Shown here: piece after piece, positions 25,538 to 35,408 of the stretch
How positions within the stretch are numbered: the stretch's first letter is position 1
Layout: every line of letters begins with the position of its first letter
Source: Psilocybe cubensis
Taxonomy: Eukaryota
Assembly: GCA_017499595.2 (NCBI GenBank)
Contig: CM039005.1
Span: forward strand, 744,001 to 808,000
Length of the DNA stretch: 64,000 nucleotides
Reading direction: 5' to 3'
Notes under the pieces: generated by a model
Database searches by the model: none
What the model was told of the DNA's origin: nothing
Seen by the model: only the letters and a program-made list of their open reading frames with translations
Made by a program: the position numbers and the translations under genes

Positions 25538-26854
25538 TATGTTGAAAGTGAATCCAAATCGGATTGTATGTCTTTTGTGGAGGAAGGAGCAAGGAACTGC
25601 AGGAGCAGTAGATTCAACGAAGGCTGGATGGGTGGTTGGTGTGTCAGAATCACCACTGCCCCTAGCCCTTTATACCTGCCCTCCCAACACATGAAGAAGC
25701 CAAGGATCAATCTAGCGGGAATTCATTTCGCTGTCAACGTTGGATAACCGCGGTGTAATTTTCGCCTGCTGCTTCTCGAAGAGCTTCGATGTTGAAGCAT
25801 AGTGCATTAGATAATCGGAGCCCAAGAGGCTTCTGAAAGGGCGTATCAGCAATACTCGTTCGGGATGGATCAAAAGATGAGTTAGCGTGACTGACCACTA
25901 TCTGCTCCGCGGGGACAAATTTGGTTTGCATACAGGGGGCAAGTCATAGAATACCATTAGCTGTTGAAAAAAAAATGAGAGAGACTCTCTGAATTATGGT
26001 TTCCTTCATAGAACCAAAGAAAATGCAGAGAAAAAGTAATGGATGCACAGCGACTTCCATGGCAGAGCCACACGCAAGCCGCAACAGTGGCGTCTCCTGT
26101 CATGACTCTCAGACAGCTCAACCATAGAATCGTGTCATTTTCCGAATAACCAGCTAAAAAAATATATTCAAGCACATACCCTATCCAATTGCATGTTGAA
26201 TAAAATTTCGGGCTCCACAAAAATCTAACTGACACACCGTACTCGTCGCTATTCCGCTGCAAACATCTCCGTCCTCCGTCTCCCCAATGGTCATGACTAC
26301 CACAAAAACTGATGCCAAAGTCCCAAAAAGGGGATGAGTATCACCAAGAGTAATGAGCGAGCGTGACGCAGTGCGATGCATGACTCCAAGAAACCAGGCC
26401 TTCTCGAGCATTGGCCACCGGGGCTCCGGGTTGCGAAATTGATTCAGAGAAAGGTTCTTTCAGGCCTCTCGCACTAGGCCCATCAAACCTGTAAGGAGAG
26501 AGAGCGGGGCAACAACAGGCCCAGAATTCGCCGCGAGAGTCCATACCCAGCTGAAGTAAGCCCTCCCACCCTCGGTTTTACGTCGTCGGACACCTGGAAA
26601 GAGTACGACTTGCGTTACGCATGCCCACAGTCCTCTCAAACTCTTTGGTGTTATCTGGCTCATACTCTGAAAAAAAAAATCATCGCACCATTCCTAATGC
26701 CTCGAACATTCGATGATATATCATTCACATTGGATAGGCTCTTCCAATCTACATTGACAAATTAAAGGGTATTAGTGAGGCAAATGAATCATTGGCATTA
26801 AGGTCACATGCAAGAAAGAATCCACAAGAAAAAAGAAAAAAGAAAGAAAGTCCA

Positions 26855-28375
26855 TCAGTCGCTGTCCAAGTTCAGCTTTCCAAGGCTTTCTAGATCATAA
26901 TTTTTCAGGGGATCCTTGCGGAGAGCCTCTGCCTCTGTAGTCGGAGCAGGTGCCTTGAGGTCATTCTTCTTTATTTTCATGATTGAATCAGCGATAGGCA
27001 CAATAGCTGCAGGACCCGCAGCTGCGGACTAAAAGAGGTCGAGGAAACAACATGGTCAGTCGCACATTGACGGCCATAAACAAACCAAACGCGTCCACCC
27101 ACCTCATCACGGAACGGCGTGAAGCTGGGGCTAGGCGCAGGAGCAGCAGCTGGCGCAGGAGCCTGAGCCACCGCCGCGGAGCCATCTTCCTCGTCAACAA
27201 AAGGCACGAAGCCCCTCGCAGCAGGTGCTTTCGCCGGCCCTGGTTGATCCTTCTTCTTTGGCACAGGGGGAGGTGGCATATCTCCTGGCTCCGGGTCCCG
27301 GAAAGGCACGATTTTCGATCCTGAGCCTGAAGCAGCACCCCCAGCGCCTGAACTGGCTGCTATCCTCTTTGAACGGCCTGCCTGCTTGAGCGTTGACCCG
27401 GCCAATTTCTTGACCTCAGGGACGTTCTCGCTGATTCTCGACTTGCGTGTGCCTAGATCATTCCATTCGTTGGTAGCGTGCTCTGCTGCTTGTGCCTCCG
27501 ATCCTGTGGGGTCAACGAATATCTGGATACGGCTGTTTGATGAGGAAGGTGGTATGCCAGGTGTGGCTGCTGGGGTCGTCCGGGGCAGAGGCTGCCGTGA
27601 AGACGACGCGGGGACAGATGATGCGGTTGTTGCCAGAGCTTTTCTCGGCTTTTGGGACGTCGAGGCGACTGGTTGAGCAGCTGGCAGATACTGGTTGGTC
27701 ATCATGCGTTTCTGGAAGTCCTGATATCTGCTTTGAAGATGTTCCAGGGGCGTCGCCCTCCTCGCAATCCCGAGTGCATAAGCTTCATCTGCCTCTTTGC
27801 GTCTGTTCCGAACAAGGTGATCAACCAGGCGAACTAGTAGTGTACATTGTCCAAACTTACCGGCCGTCCCTTTCAAGCACAGCTGCGTGCTCTTCATATA
27901 ACAAGGCAAACTCCGTTCCGATATCATTCGCGATCAGAAATTTGTAGATGAGCGTCGGTCTGTCCACATAGCTCGCATATAAAAGCCACAATTTGAGATA
28001 TTTGAGATCTCCTCTCCACTTTCCCCCTCTATCGTCCTTTAAGGTTCTAGTAGCCTCCTCAAGGAGCTCAACCAGACCCGACTCTGCAGATTGACCTTGA
28101 GGGTAGTTCTCGACAGTCCAGTACACCAAGCGACAATATGCTTCCAGAGGATCGCCTTCCTCTTCATCGTCCAATGCAAGTTCCACATTGATGCGAAGTC
28201 GGTTTCTGGTGGCAGAGAGTTTGGCTTCTCGTTGAGCATGAGGTGTAGATAGGATCGCGGATAGTGCTGTTACGCGCCGCCCGGTGGCAAGGCGCTGGAC
28301 ATTTTCTTTCGCCGCTTCAAGCACATCACAGTCGACGATGTTCGCTTCCGAATAGTCTTCTCCAGTAGCTGACAT
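26855..28375 (-). CDS. MAD3: Spindle checkpoint protein, Mad3/BubR1-type, without kinase domain (3 exons)
   Basis: LEAAKENVQ KEN box; Mad3_BUB1_I TPR region (DPLEAYCRLVYWTVENYPQG...YLKLWLLYA...IGTEFALLYEEHA); ABBA-like motifs; ends ALRKDPLKNYDLESLGKLNLDSD*. Confidence 0.85.
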
Positions 28376-29014
28376 ATCGAAGAGAAAGATTCACAATAGG
28401 AGCGCACAAGACGAATTGGTATAAATTTCAAGGCAAGTTGGCGAACCGGAGTGCCACTCGACAATGAAAAGGGTTCAAGTTGAAAGAAACTTGAAAGACG
28501 ATAATTGGAAGTTTCAGTCACGTTATCGAGGTTGCAAAACGCGTCGGCGGCGCGATCATGATTTGTCAGCGCATGACTCGACCCAAGCCGCATCACGGAG
28601 ATGGCCGGACCCACGGGTGCTATCATCTCTGGACTGCTACCGTCACGGTTGTTTTCAGTTTTTTTTTTTTTTTTTTTTTTTTGAATCTGTTTATTATCGT
28701 GCAACAAGCAATCTAGGTGCTAAGACGCACGGGTGAGTGATGCTCACCATTCTACGCTAATATATCTGCCTATTTAATATTAGTTATCGATGTTTGTGTA
28801 TCTGAGAGATCATCTATGGGTATATAACTATTGTTGTGGGAGTCAGGTATAGTGTATATTCGAAAGATAAGAAGAAGTAGAATAGAATAAAAATGTGGTT
28901 GAGGTAAGGTGGGGGGAGGTGAGAATAGAAGAATGAATTTGTCAATGTCGTCGAAGGAAATAATGAAAGGGCATCGGAGGTTTAGGGAGGTTATATTGTT
29001 GCTTCTCGTTTGGA

Positions 29015-32000
29015 TCACAAGTCGAGGTCTGATTCGTCATCTTCGGAGTCGGGGACTGGTTCGTCGTCAAACGATGGGGGTTTATGCGGCAGTGTTGGGG
29101 TACCGGAGCGAGTGTATGCTCCAGAGATAGCAAGGAACGACGCGAGAGCTTTGATGCCTTGGATTGTTCCCAGGATTTCCGGTAAGAAAATATCTCTAGA
29201 GGCTTGACGTAGTCGTTTTCGTGCTTTGGTATATTGCGGGCATTCACAAAGTATGTGTTCTCGGGTTTGAACATCTGCTTCTCCGCATGGGCAGCTTATC
29301 TCTCCTTGTAGTTTGAATCGTCGGCAGAAACTGCCAATATAACCGTGGTTTGTGCGACATTGAATAATTCGTCCGAATAGCTCTCTGGGTTTCTGATATC
29401 TTTGGACGTGTTGCATGATTGGTGTGGGGAATTTAAGGGAGGGTTGAAGGCGATTAGCGGGTGCGAAGCCTCCGGTCTTGGGGGTGTTTGCCCATTCTCG
29501 TCTCCATGCTTTTTGAACTTGCGCCTTCGCCCTTCTGAGTGCGTTTGATCGTGTTACAGTGATGGGGGCTGAGCAGGCCAATTTGGTTGCTTGTTTGGCA
29601 AGTTCGTCGGCTCTCTCGTTTCCGGGTATGTCCACATGGCTTGGGCACCAGGCTATGGTTACAGTCGCGCCTCCATTGCTTTCAAGAAATTCACATATTT
29701 TGGTGTGGAAGGTATAAGCGTATGTTTGAGCGGATTTTGGTTTGGCATCAAAAATTGCTGACACTGCTGATGTATTGTCTGCGAAGAAGTATAAGTGTCG
29801 TATGTTGTTATGATTCCGAGTGAAGTTGATTGCTTGTGTTGCCGCCATCATAAGTCCTGCCATTTCTCCGTCGTAGACTTCGGCGTATCCTCCTAGTCCC
29901 ATTCGGGTTGCAAATACCTCTCTGTTGAGGTGGTATCCTACAGCGGCGCCTCCTGCTCTGGTGAATCCGAGTTTTAATTTGACAAGTGATCCATCCGAAT
30001 AGGCAACCAATGTTTCCTCTTTTTGCCCGATTTCGTTGATGAGTTCTTTATGTTCTTTAATCCTGCTATCATTATCTAATGAAAGGTCACAAGGTTTAAT
30101 GAGTAGACGTCCGTTATAAAAGGAAGGAGTACGTCTCCATGGTGGTAATAGGTATGGGTCGAGTCTTTCGTGGTGGGGGTCGGTGTATTTTGCAATGCGG
30201 CTCAATGTGGTTGTCTTCTTTGGTTTCAATTTGGGGGATGATGGTGTAGTGGGAAGGGGAGGTGGGATTGTGGGTGGTTGGTTATATCTCCATGTATCTG
30301 GTAGTCTTTGAAGGACGGCACTCGATGTGCTTAGTTTGTTGAGTCTGATGGCATATCGTTTTGTCAGGTGATCAAGTTGGTGTTTGATTGGTGGTATTGC
30401 TGATTCGATTTCGAGGGCAGTTATTGGTGTTGTCTTAAAGGCGGCGCATATTAGTCTTAGGGCACGGTTTTGTACTTTCTCCAGTGGGCGTATTTGTTTC
30501 TTCAGCCCTTTCCACCATACGGGGCTAGCGTAGAAGATTTTGGTGGTTACGCACGCCATGTATAATCGTCTGATGTGTATGGGACTCAGTCCTCGTACTG
30601 TGTTTGCTAGCATGGTTAGTGCTGCTACAGCATTTTCTCCCCGTGCTGCAATTGTCTTGATGTGTTTGTCGAATGTTAGTTTTCGGTCAAAATATACTCC
30701 TAGCCATCGTACTGTTGATTCTGGGGCTACGGTGCGGGTTACTCCATCGTCGTCTATAAATGTAATTGACGGGTTGCTGTTATGTTTTGGGCGTCTTGAG
30801 TAATGCATAAGTTCCCTTTTTGATACGTCTGCTGATAGGCCTGCGCTTTTAAGCCATGTGTTGATCTTTTCATATGCGTTTTTAAGGAGCTTAACATTTG
30901 TTTCGAGAGAGCGTGAGGACACTATAATTAGACCATCGTCAACGTACATATAGATGTGAACTTCGGTAGGATTGTCTTTGAGGGTTTCTTGGATGTGGGT
31001 GGGTGGGATGCGTATGATGCGAGTCTGTGTTGGTTTTTTGTTCAAGAACATTTCAAGGAGTTGTGCAGTGTAGAAAGCGGCGAGGATTGGAGAAACGGGT
31101 GAGCCTTGGGGGATTCCATTTTCGACTGGTTTCATTTCTCCTCGGATCCCATCAATGCAGACAGCGGCTTCTCGGTTGCTCAGAAAGCTTGCCGTCCAAT
31201 GAATGTATTGAGTTGGTATTCCTTTTCTACGAAGTTCACATAGGAGGCGATCGTGGTTGACAAAGTCAAAATATCCTTTAATATCAAAGGATAGTGCTGA
31301 CGTTACTAGTCCATGGTTCCATGCTGCTTGTACATCGTTTGTGAATGAAATGATTGCATCTATTGCAGACGTGTTAGCCAGTCCTCCAAATTGATTAGTA
31401 GGAATCAGCTTGTATTTTCCTGCTAGATAAGTAAGTCGTCGAGCGACTATCTTTTCCAGCAGTTTTCCTAGGCATTCAAGAAGGGTGATTAGGCGGTATG
31501 CTCGGGGGTTTGAATAGTCGCCTTTGTTGGGTTTTCGTAGTGCGACTGCAATTGCCTTTCTCCAGGCTTTGGGGTGATACCCGGTTTCTAGGCATGCTCG
31601 CATTAAATGGGTTATGTACGCACGTCCTTTTGGATTCTGCCATGTCCATTTTAAGGCTTTATAGGGTATTTGGGAGTGCCCAGGAGCTGTGTTGGAAGAC
31701 GTGTCGTGTAGAGCTTCTTCAATTTCATCTTCTGTTATCTCTTCGAAGGGTATGTCGTGATTTTCGGATACTTCTAGGTCGGGGTTGTACTGTCGGTCGA
31801 GTTTTGGGGGTGGTTGGTAGAGTTCTTTCCTAAGGGCATCGCACTTTTCTTTGTGTGTTGTGGCTTTTGGCAGATTGGGGCCTCTTGAGATCGGAGGTGT
31901 GGGGTAGTTTCGGATGCCTTTTGACCAGTTGGGAAAGTTCCAGATGTTGTCAGTGCTTGCTGTTTCGAGTGTTTTGGTGGCCCATTCTCGTTTCTTGAAT

Positions 32001-33136
32001 TTGCATAGGCGTTTAAAGAAGTTCCGGGACCTTCTTAACTTGGTTCGTATGTCCTTGTTGAATCCCTCTACTAATGTCAGTACGTGTCTTTGCTCCTGTC
32101 GTATCTCTGCCACCCGTTCTGCGGCCATTTTAAGGTCCTCGTCCCACCATGGTTTTGCTTGAGTTGAGGGCTTTCGTGGTTTGCATACTCTTGATATTGT
32201 TTGTTGAATTGCGTCGGTGAGCGTTTCTGCAAATATGTCGAGTTGTTCCGGATTGAGTAGTCCATATTCGCATAGCGGGTCGATGGTGTTTTTAACTCTG
32301 TTCAGTTCCTCCTCGAGCGTCTCTAGCCATTCTGCTGGGTTGGTGTCTTTGAGGTTGTATTTGATGCCACAAATGTTGTCAATTTCTTTCCTCTCGTGAT
32401 CGATTGTGAAGGTTATGCCAAAGTGGTCTGAGTCGTGCGCTATGCTTGGGTTAATGGTCCAGTCTTTGAATGTGTCGTTTGCTGATGCTGGGCCATTGAT
32501 GAAGGAGAGGTCGATGACCGTTTCGTGTTCTTCTTTGTGTCGTGCTGGGTGTGTTACCTGACCTTTCTCATTAAGCAATATAAAGCCTTTATTGGATAGC
32601 CAGTCGACTATCTGTTCTGTTAGTGCTGTATCAGTTAGTGTAGTATTTACCTTTGACCACATATCGTGGTGCAGGTTAAAGTCTCCTGTGATTATGGTTG
32701 GGTTTTCGGTTGGAATGTCCATTTCTCGGATTCGGTTCAGAATGCATAGGTTTTGGGCAGGAGTATCATTGTAAATGTTGATTATCGTTGTCGTTGGGTG
32801 ACCAGGTTGGGTGATATCTAGGATTTGGATGTCTCGGTCTTCGATTATATCGGTTCGTAGTGTGATTGAAAAATCTTGTCGTGTCCTGTAATATGCCATG
32901 GTGCGGGGTCGGTCTTGTATTGAAGTTGTAATTGGGATGATTGGGGTCCATCCTGCTAGCGCAACGGGTCCTGTGACATCCTTGCCATCTACGTTCCCTA
33001 TTCGACCCCATGCTGGTTCTTGTAGAATGATGAGGTCGAAATTGCTTGCAAAATTGTTTAGTAAGTTGGTCACGACATGTTTCTTACGTTGTGCATTGAG
33101 CTGCGCTATTCTGATAGGTTGCGTTGTGGTTCTCAT
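29015..33136 (-). CDS. LINE ORF2: APE endonuclease - reverse transcriptase - RNase H - CCHC
   Basis: QLN..LQEP..GDFNLHH..SDH (APE); FDIKGYFD, GIPQGSPVSP, YVDD, WLGV (RT); YSDGS..DN..WCPSHVDIPGNERADELAK (RNase H); CPCG..HILCEC. Confidence 0.95.
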   Translation of the reverse strand: MRTTTQPIRIAQLNAQRKKHVVTNLLNNFASNFDLIILQEPAWGRIGNVDGKDVTGPVALAGWTPIIPITTSIQDRPRTMAYYRTRQDFSITLRTDIIEDRDIQILDITQPGHPTTTIINIYNDTPAQNLCILNRIREMDIPTENPTIITGDFNLHHDMWSKVNTTLTDTALTEQIVDWLSNKGFILLNEKGQVTHPARHKEEHETVIDLSFINGPASANDTFKDWTINPSIAHDSDHFGITFTIDHERKEIDNICGIKYNLKDTNPAEWLETLEEELNRVKNTIDPLCEYGLLNPEQLDIFAETLTDAIQQTISRVCKPRKPSTQAKPWWDEDLKMAAERVAEIRQEQRHVLTLVEGFNKDIRTKLRRSRNFFKRLCKFKKREWATKTLETASTDNIWNFPNWSKGIRNYPTPPISRGPNLPKATTHKEKCDALRKELYQPPPKLDRQYNPDLEVSENHDIPFEEITEDEIEEALHDTSSNTAPGHSQIPYKALKWTWQNPKGRAYITHLMRACLETGYHPKAWRKAIAVALRKPNKGDYSNPRAYRLITLLECLGKLLEKIVARRLTYLAGKYKLIPTNQFGGLANTSAIDAIISFTNDVQAAWNHGLVTSALSFDIKGYFDFVNHDRLLCELRRKGIPTQYIHWTASFLSNREAAVCIDGIRGEMKPVENGIPQGSPVSPILAAFYTAQLLEMFLNKKPTQTRIIRIPPTHIQETLKDNPTEVHIYMYVDDGLIIVSSRSLETNVKLLKNAYEKINTWLKSAGLSADVSKRELMHYSRRPKHNSNPSITFIDDDGVTRTVAPESTVRWLGVYFDRKLTFDKHIKTIAARGENAVAALTMLANTVRGLSPIHIRRLYMACVTTKIFYASPVWWKGLKKQIRPLEKVQNRALRLICAAFKTTPITALEIESAIPPIKHQLDHLTKRYAIRLNKLSTSSAVLQRLPDTWRYNQPPTIPPPLPTTPSSPKLKPKKTTTLSRIAKYTDPHHERLDPYLLPPWRRTPSFYNGRLLIKPCDLSLDNDSRIKEHKELINEIGQKEETLVAYSDGSLVKLKLGFTRAGGAAVGYHLNREVFATRMGLGGYAEVYDGEMAGLMMAATQAINFTRNHNNIRHLYFFADNTSAVSAIFDAKPKSAQTYAYTFHTKICEFLESNGGATVTIAWCPSHVDIPGNERADELAKQATKLACSAPITVTRSNALRRAKAQVQKAWRREWANTPKTGGFAPANRLQPSLKFPTPIMQHVQRYQKPRELFGRIIQCRTNHGYIGSFCRRFKLQGEISCPCGEADVQTREHILCECPQYTKARKRLRQASRDIFLPEILGTIQGIKALASFLAISGAYTRSGTPTLPHKPPSFDDEPVPDSEDDESDLDL

Positions 33137-35091
33137 TGCCTAGGGTGTTGTGAAGTGGAGTTGTTTGGGTCCGACGGTGTGGGTTCTTCTATGTCCTGCA
33201 TTGTCATCGCGTCAAACGTGAGGATCTTGAATTGGTTTTGCTGGCTGTTTGCTGATTCTTTCCGTTGCTGGTTTGTTGTTTTTGGCTTGTTCCGGGTTGC
33301 TTTCTTTCCTGCTGCTACTACCGTCCATGGGTTTTCGGCGTTTCTTGCTTTCCTTTCGATGTCGCGCACTGTTCCGTACTTTTCGATCCTGGTTGGGCAC
33401 TGTCTTGCATCAGCGGCATGCTGTGTGTCCGACTTACCTGTTGTCATGCAGTTTATGCAGCGTAGTTGGTGGTTGCAAGTGGTGTCTCCATCTCTGGTGT
33501 CCATGAGGTCGCCGTTTTCAGCCTGTATGTTGCATTTTATGCATTCTTGGGTTGTGTGTTCCTCCGTCGGGTGTTCCTTTGCGCATAGTCGGCATCTTGG
33601 GTCTAGTTTGCAGTGTTCCATTTTATGGTCCCATCCCCAACAGTTCTTGCATTGTGTGATCGGTGGTCGGTCTTGGTATGCTCTGAGTGAGCAGTGGCGT
33701 CCGAATGCTGCTAGGGTACGGCTGTCTAGGAATCTTCGGGCAATGGTTTCTTGATCGACTGCAAATACCACCGATGATCTGTTGGTGGTTAGTAATTCTT
33801 CCTTAGTTCGCATCCATCGGGGGGTGGCAGTAATGCTATTGAGAATTTGCGCGTAGTACGGGTTACATGTTGCTAGTTCCTTATGTACTTCTTCTGCTCC
33901 TCGTATTGTTCTCTCGCCTCCGATGGAGATCTTCGTTGTACTTACTCCGTCTACTTGGATTTTGAACCAGCGTTTGTCGACTCTAGTGGTGGTTTGGTAT
34001 CCCTTGTTAATTTTTGGAATGAAAAGGTCTGCATGTTTGATGAGTTCCGCAGCGGTTTGGTCTGATCTGGTGGAGAGGATGAGATTTCCTTGTGGGTTGA
34101 ATCTTGCTGCAACGACTTTGAGATGTGCTGACTTTTCGTTGGTGCTGAGGGCGGTGTTGACGGTTTGTACGATGATTTCGGGGTCGTCTTTGTCTTTATC
34201 GAGTATTCCGTCTGGGTGATATTGGATTACTAGCCGTGATGGGTGGTGGGATGTGTCCGGGTTTGGGTTGTTGTGGGGCCGTGAAATTGTGGTCGCTAGG
34301 TGTTTATCTTGTGGTGGATGCGGTGTGGTTGTCGTTTCATTACTCGTTGATTTGTGGTGGGTGTTTGAGGGTTTTGCCCTTTTCGCTACGGCCGACCATG
34401 AGTCCGTTGTTTGCGTTGTCTCTGGTTTCAGGTGGGAGACGGGGTTGTGGTTTTGGAGGCTTTCGATTTTTTCCATTAACTCGGTGTGATTTGTCTTTAT
34501 GTTGGCTTGCATGGAGGTAATGGTGTCTGTGATTGAGGCGATTGACTCAACGATCCTGATTTGTTGTTTAGCAAGGGTTTGAAGTGAGTCTATCGCGAAC
34601 ACAGTAGATAAAAACTCAATGTTTTCCCTAATGCCGCTATGCATCCTCGCAAGTGGAGCTGCTTTCATCGAGTGTAAATAGACCATATATTCATTGACTT
34701 CCTTCAGGTTGGTGTAGATGTTATCGATAGTTTGTTGTGCGTTGAGGTGTTCCGGTGTATTGAAGGGGTCGTCGCTCCGTGGGTGAGTGTGCTCTCTGAT
34801 GTCTTCCATGTCCGTGTCTTCGTTTCCGATGGGTTGAGAGCTCTCAGGATTGTGGTCACTGATCCCTCTTTGCTTTCCGGGCTTACTTCGAGAGGGGGTT
34901 GTAGGTGGGTTAGGTGCAGTTTGTCTGACTCGCGTGGTACCCGTTGATGTTGTTGCTTCGTTGTCAGAGTTCCGGCGTTTCTTCCCAGATATTTGCTCAG
35001 ATTTATCATTATCGGGGTACTGTGTATGGCTCGGGGTTTTATTTATGTTTGGGGGGGGATTCACGTTGGTATTTCTGTTTCTATTATCCAT
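33133..35091 (-). CDS. LINE ORF1, gag-like nucleic-acid-binding protein
   Basis: Zinc knuckles CKNCWGWDHKMEHC, CRLCAKEH and CINC..H..C. The start must be ATG 35091, because the ORF-track start (35250) lies outside the TSD. Confidence 0.9.
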   Translation of the reverse strand: MDNRNRNTNVNPPPNINKTPSHTQYPDNDKSEQISGKKRRNSDNEATTSTGTTRVRQTAPNPPTTPSRSKPGKQRGISDHNPESSQPIGNEDTDMEDIREHTHPRSDDPFNTPEHLNAQQTIDNIYTNLKEVNEYMVYLHSMKAAPLARMHSGIRENIEFLSTVFAIDSLQTLAKQQIRIVESIASITDTITSMQANIKTNHTELMEKIESLQNHNPVSHLKPETTQTTDSWSAVAKRAKPSNTHHKSTSNETTTTPHPPQDKHLATTISRPHNNPNPDTSHHPSRLVIQYHPDGILDKDKDDPEIIVQTVNTALSTNEKSAHLKVVAARFNPQGNLILSTRSDQTAAELIKHADLFIPKINKGYQTTTRVDKRWFKIQVDGVSTTKISIGGERTIRGAEEVHKELATCNPYYAQILNSITATPRWMRTKEELLTTNRSSVVFAVDQETIARRFLDSRTLAAFGRHCSLRAYQDRPPITQCKNCWGWDHKMEHCKLDPRCRLCAKEHPTEEHTTQECIKCNIQAENGDLMDTRDGDTTCNHQLRCINCMTTGKSDTQHAADARQCPTRIEKYGTVRDIERKARNAENPWTVVAAGKKATRNKPKTTNQQRKESANSQQNQFKILTFDAMTMQDIEEPTPSDPNNSTSQHPRQ

Positions 35092-35408
35092 TTTTCGAGC
35101 TTTACTCGTGGGAAAATTCGAGGTAGTGGTGGTAAGGACGGAAGGGTAATTGGTTGTTTTCAGTTTACAGGGGTAACTGGCACAGACTACAACAAGGATC
35201 GTCAAAGGGGGCACGGAAATCCCTCCCCTCAAAATTTTACCATTTCTCAACCTCTCTTACGCAACGGAAACACATAGGCTTTGTCGCTTCAGAGTCTCTG
35301 ACAAGGCAAGTGGCACACAGCGCTTCTATACCGTATACTCCGTTTTCGAAGCGCTAACCGGTAGTCACTCTCAGTATCCTAACACAATACACACTGTACT
35401 CCACCAGG

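Larger units (their letters stand above)
28662..35151 (-). mobile_element. Full-length non-LTR retrotransposon (LINE, Tad1-like)
   Basis: Two long intact ORFs; poly(A) tail seen as a T run at 28659-28682; direct repeat GGTTGTTTTCAGTTT at 28647-28661 and 35152-35166 (TSD). Confidence 0.95.

Noticed and set aside
28539-28544. MCB-like ACGCGT upstream of MAD3
   Set aside because: A single hexamer, expected by chance.
35092-35250. ORF-track N-terminal extension of LINE ORF1
   Set aside because: It crosses the TSD into host DNA, so the open frame is fortuitous.
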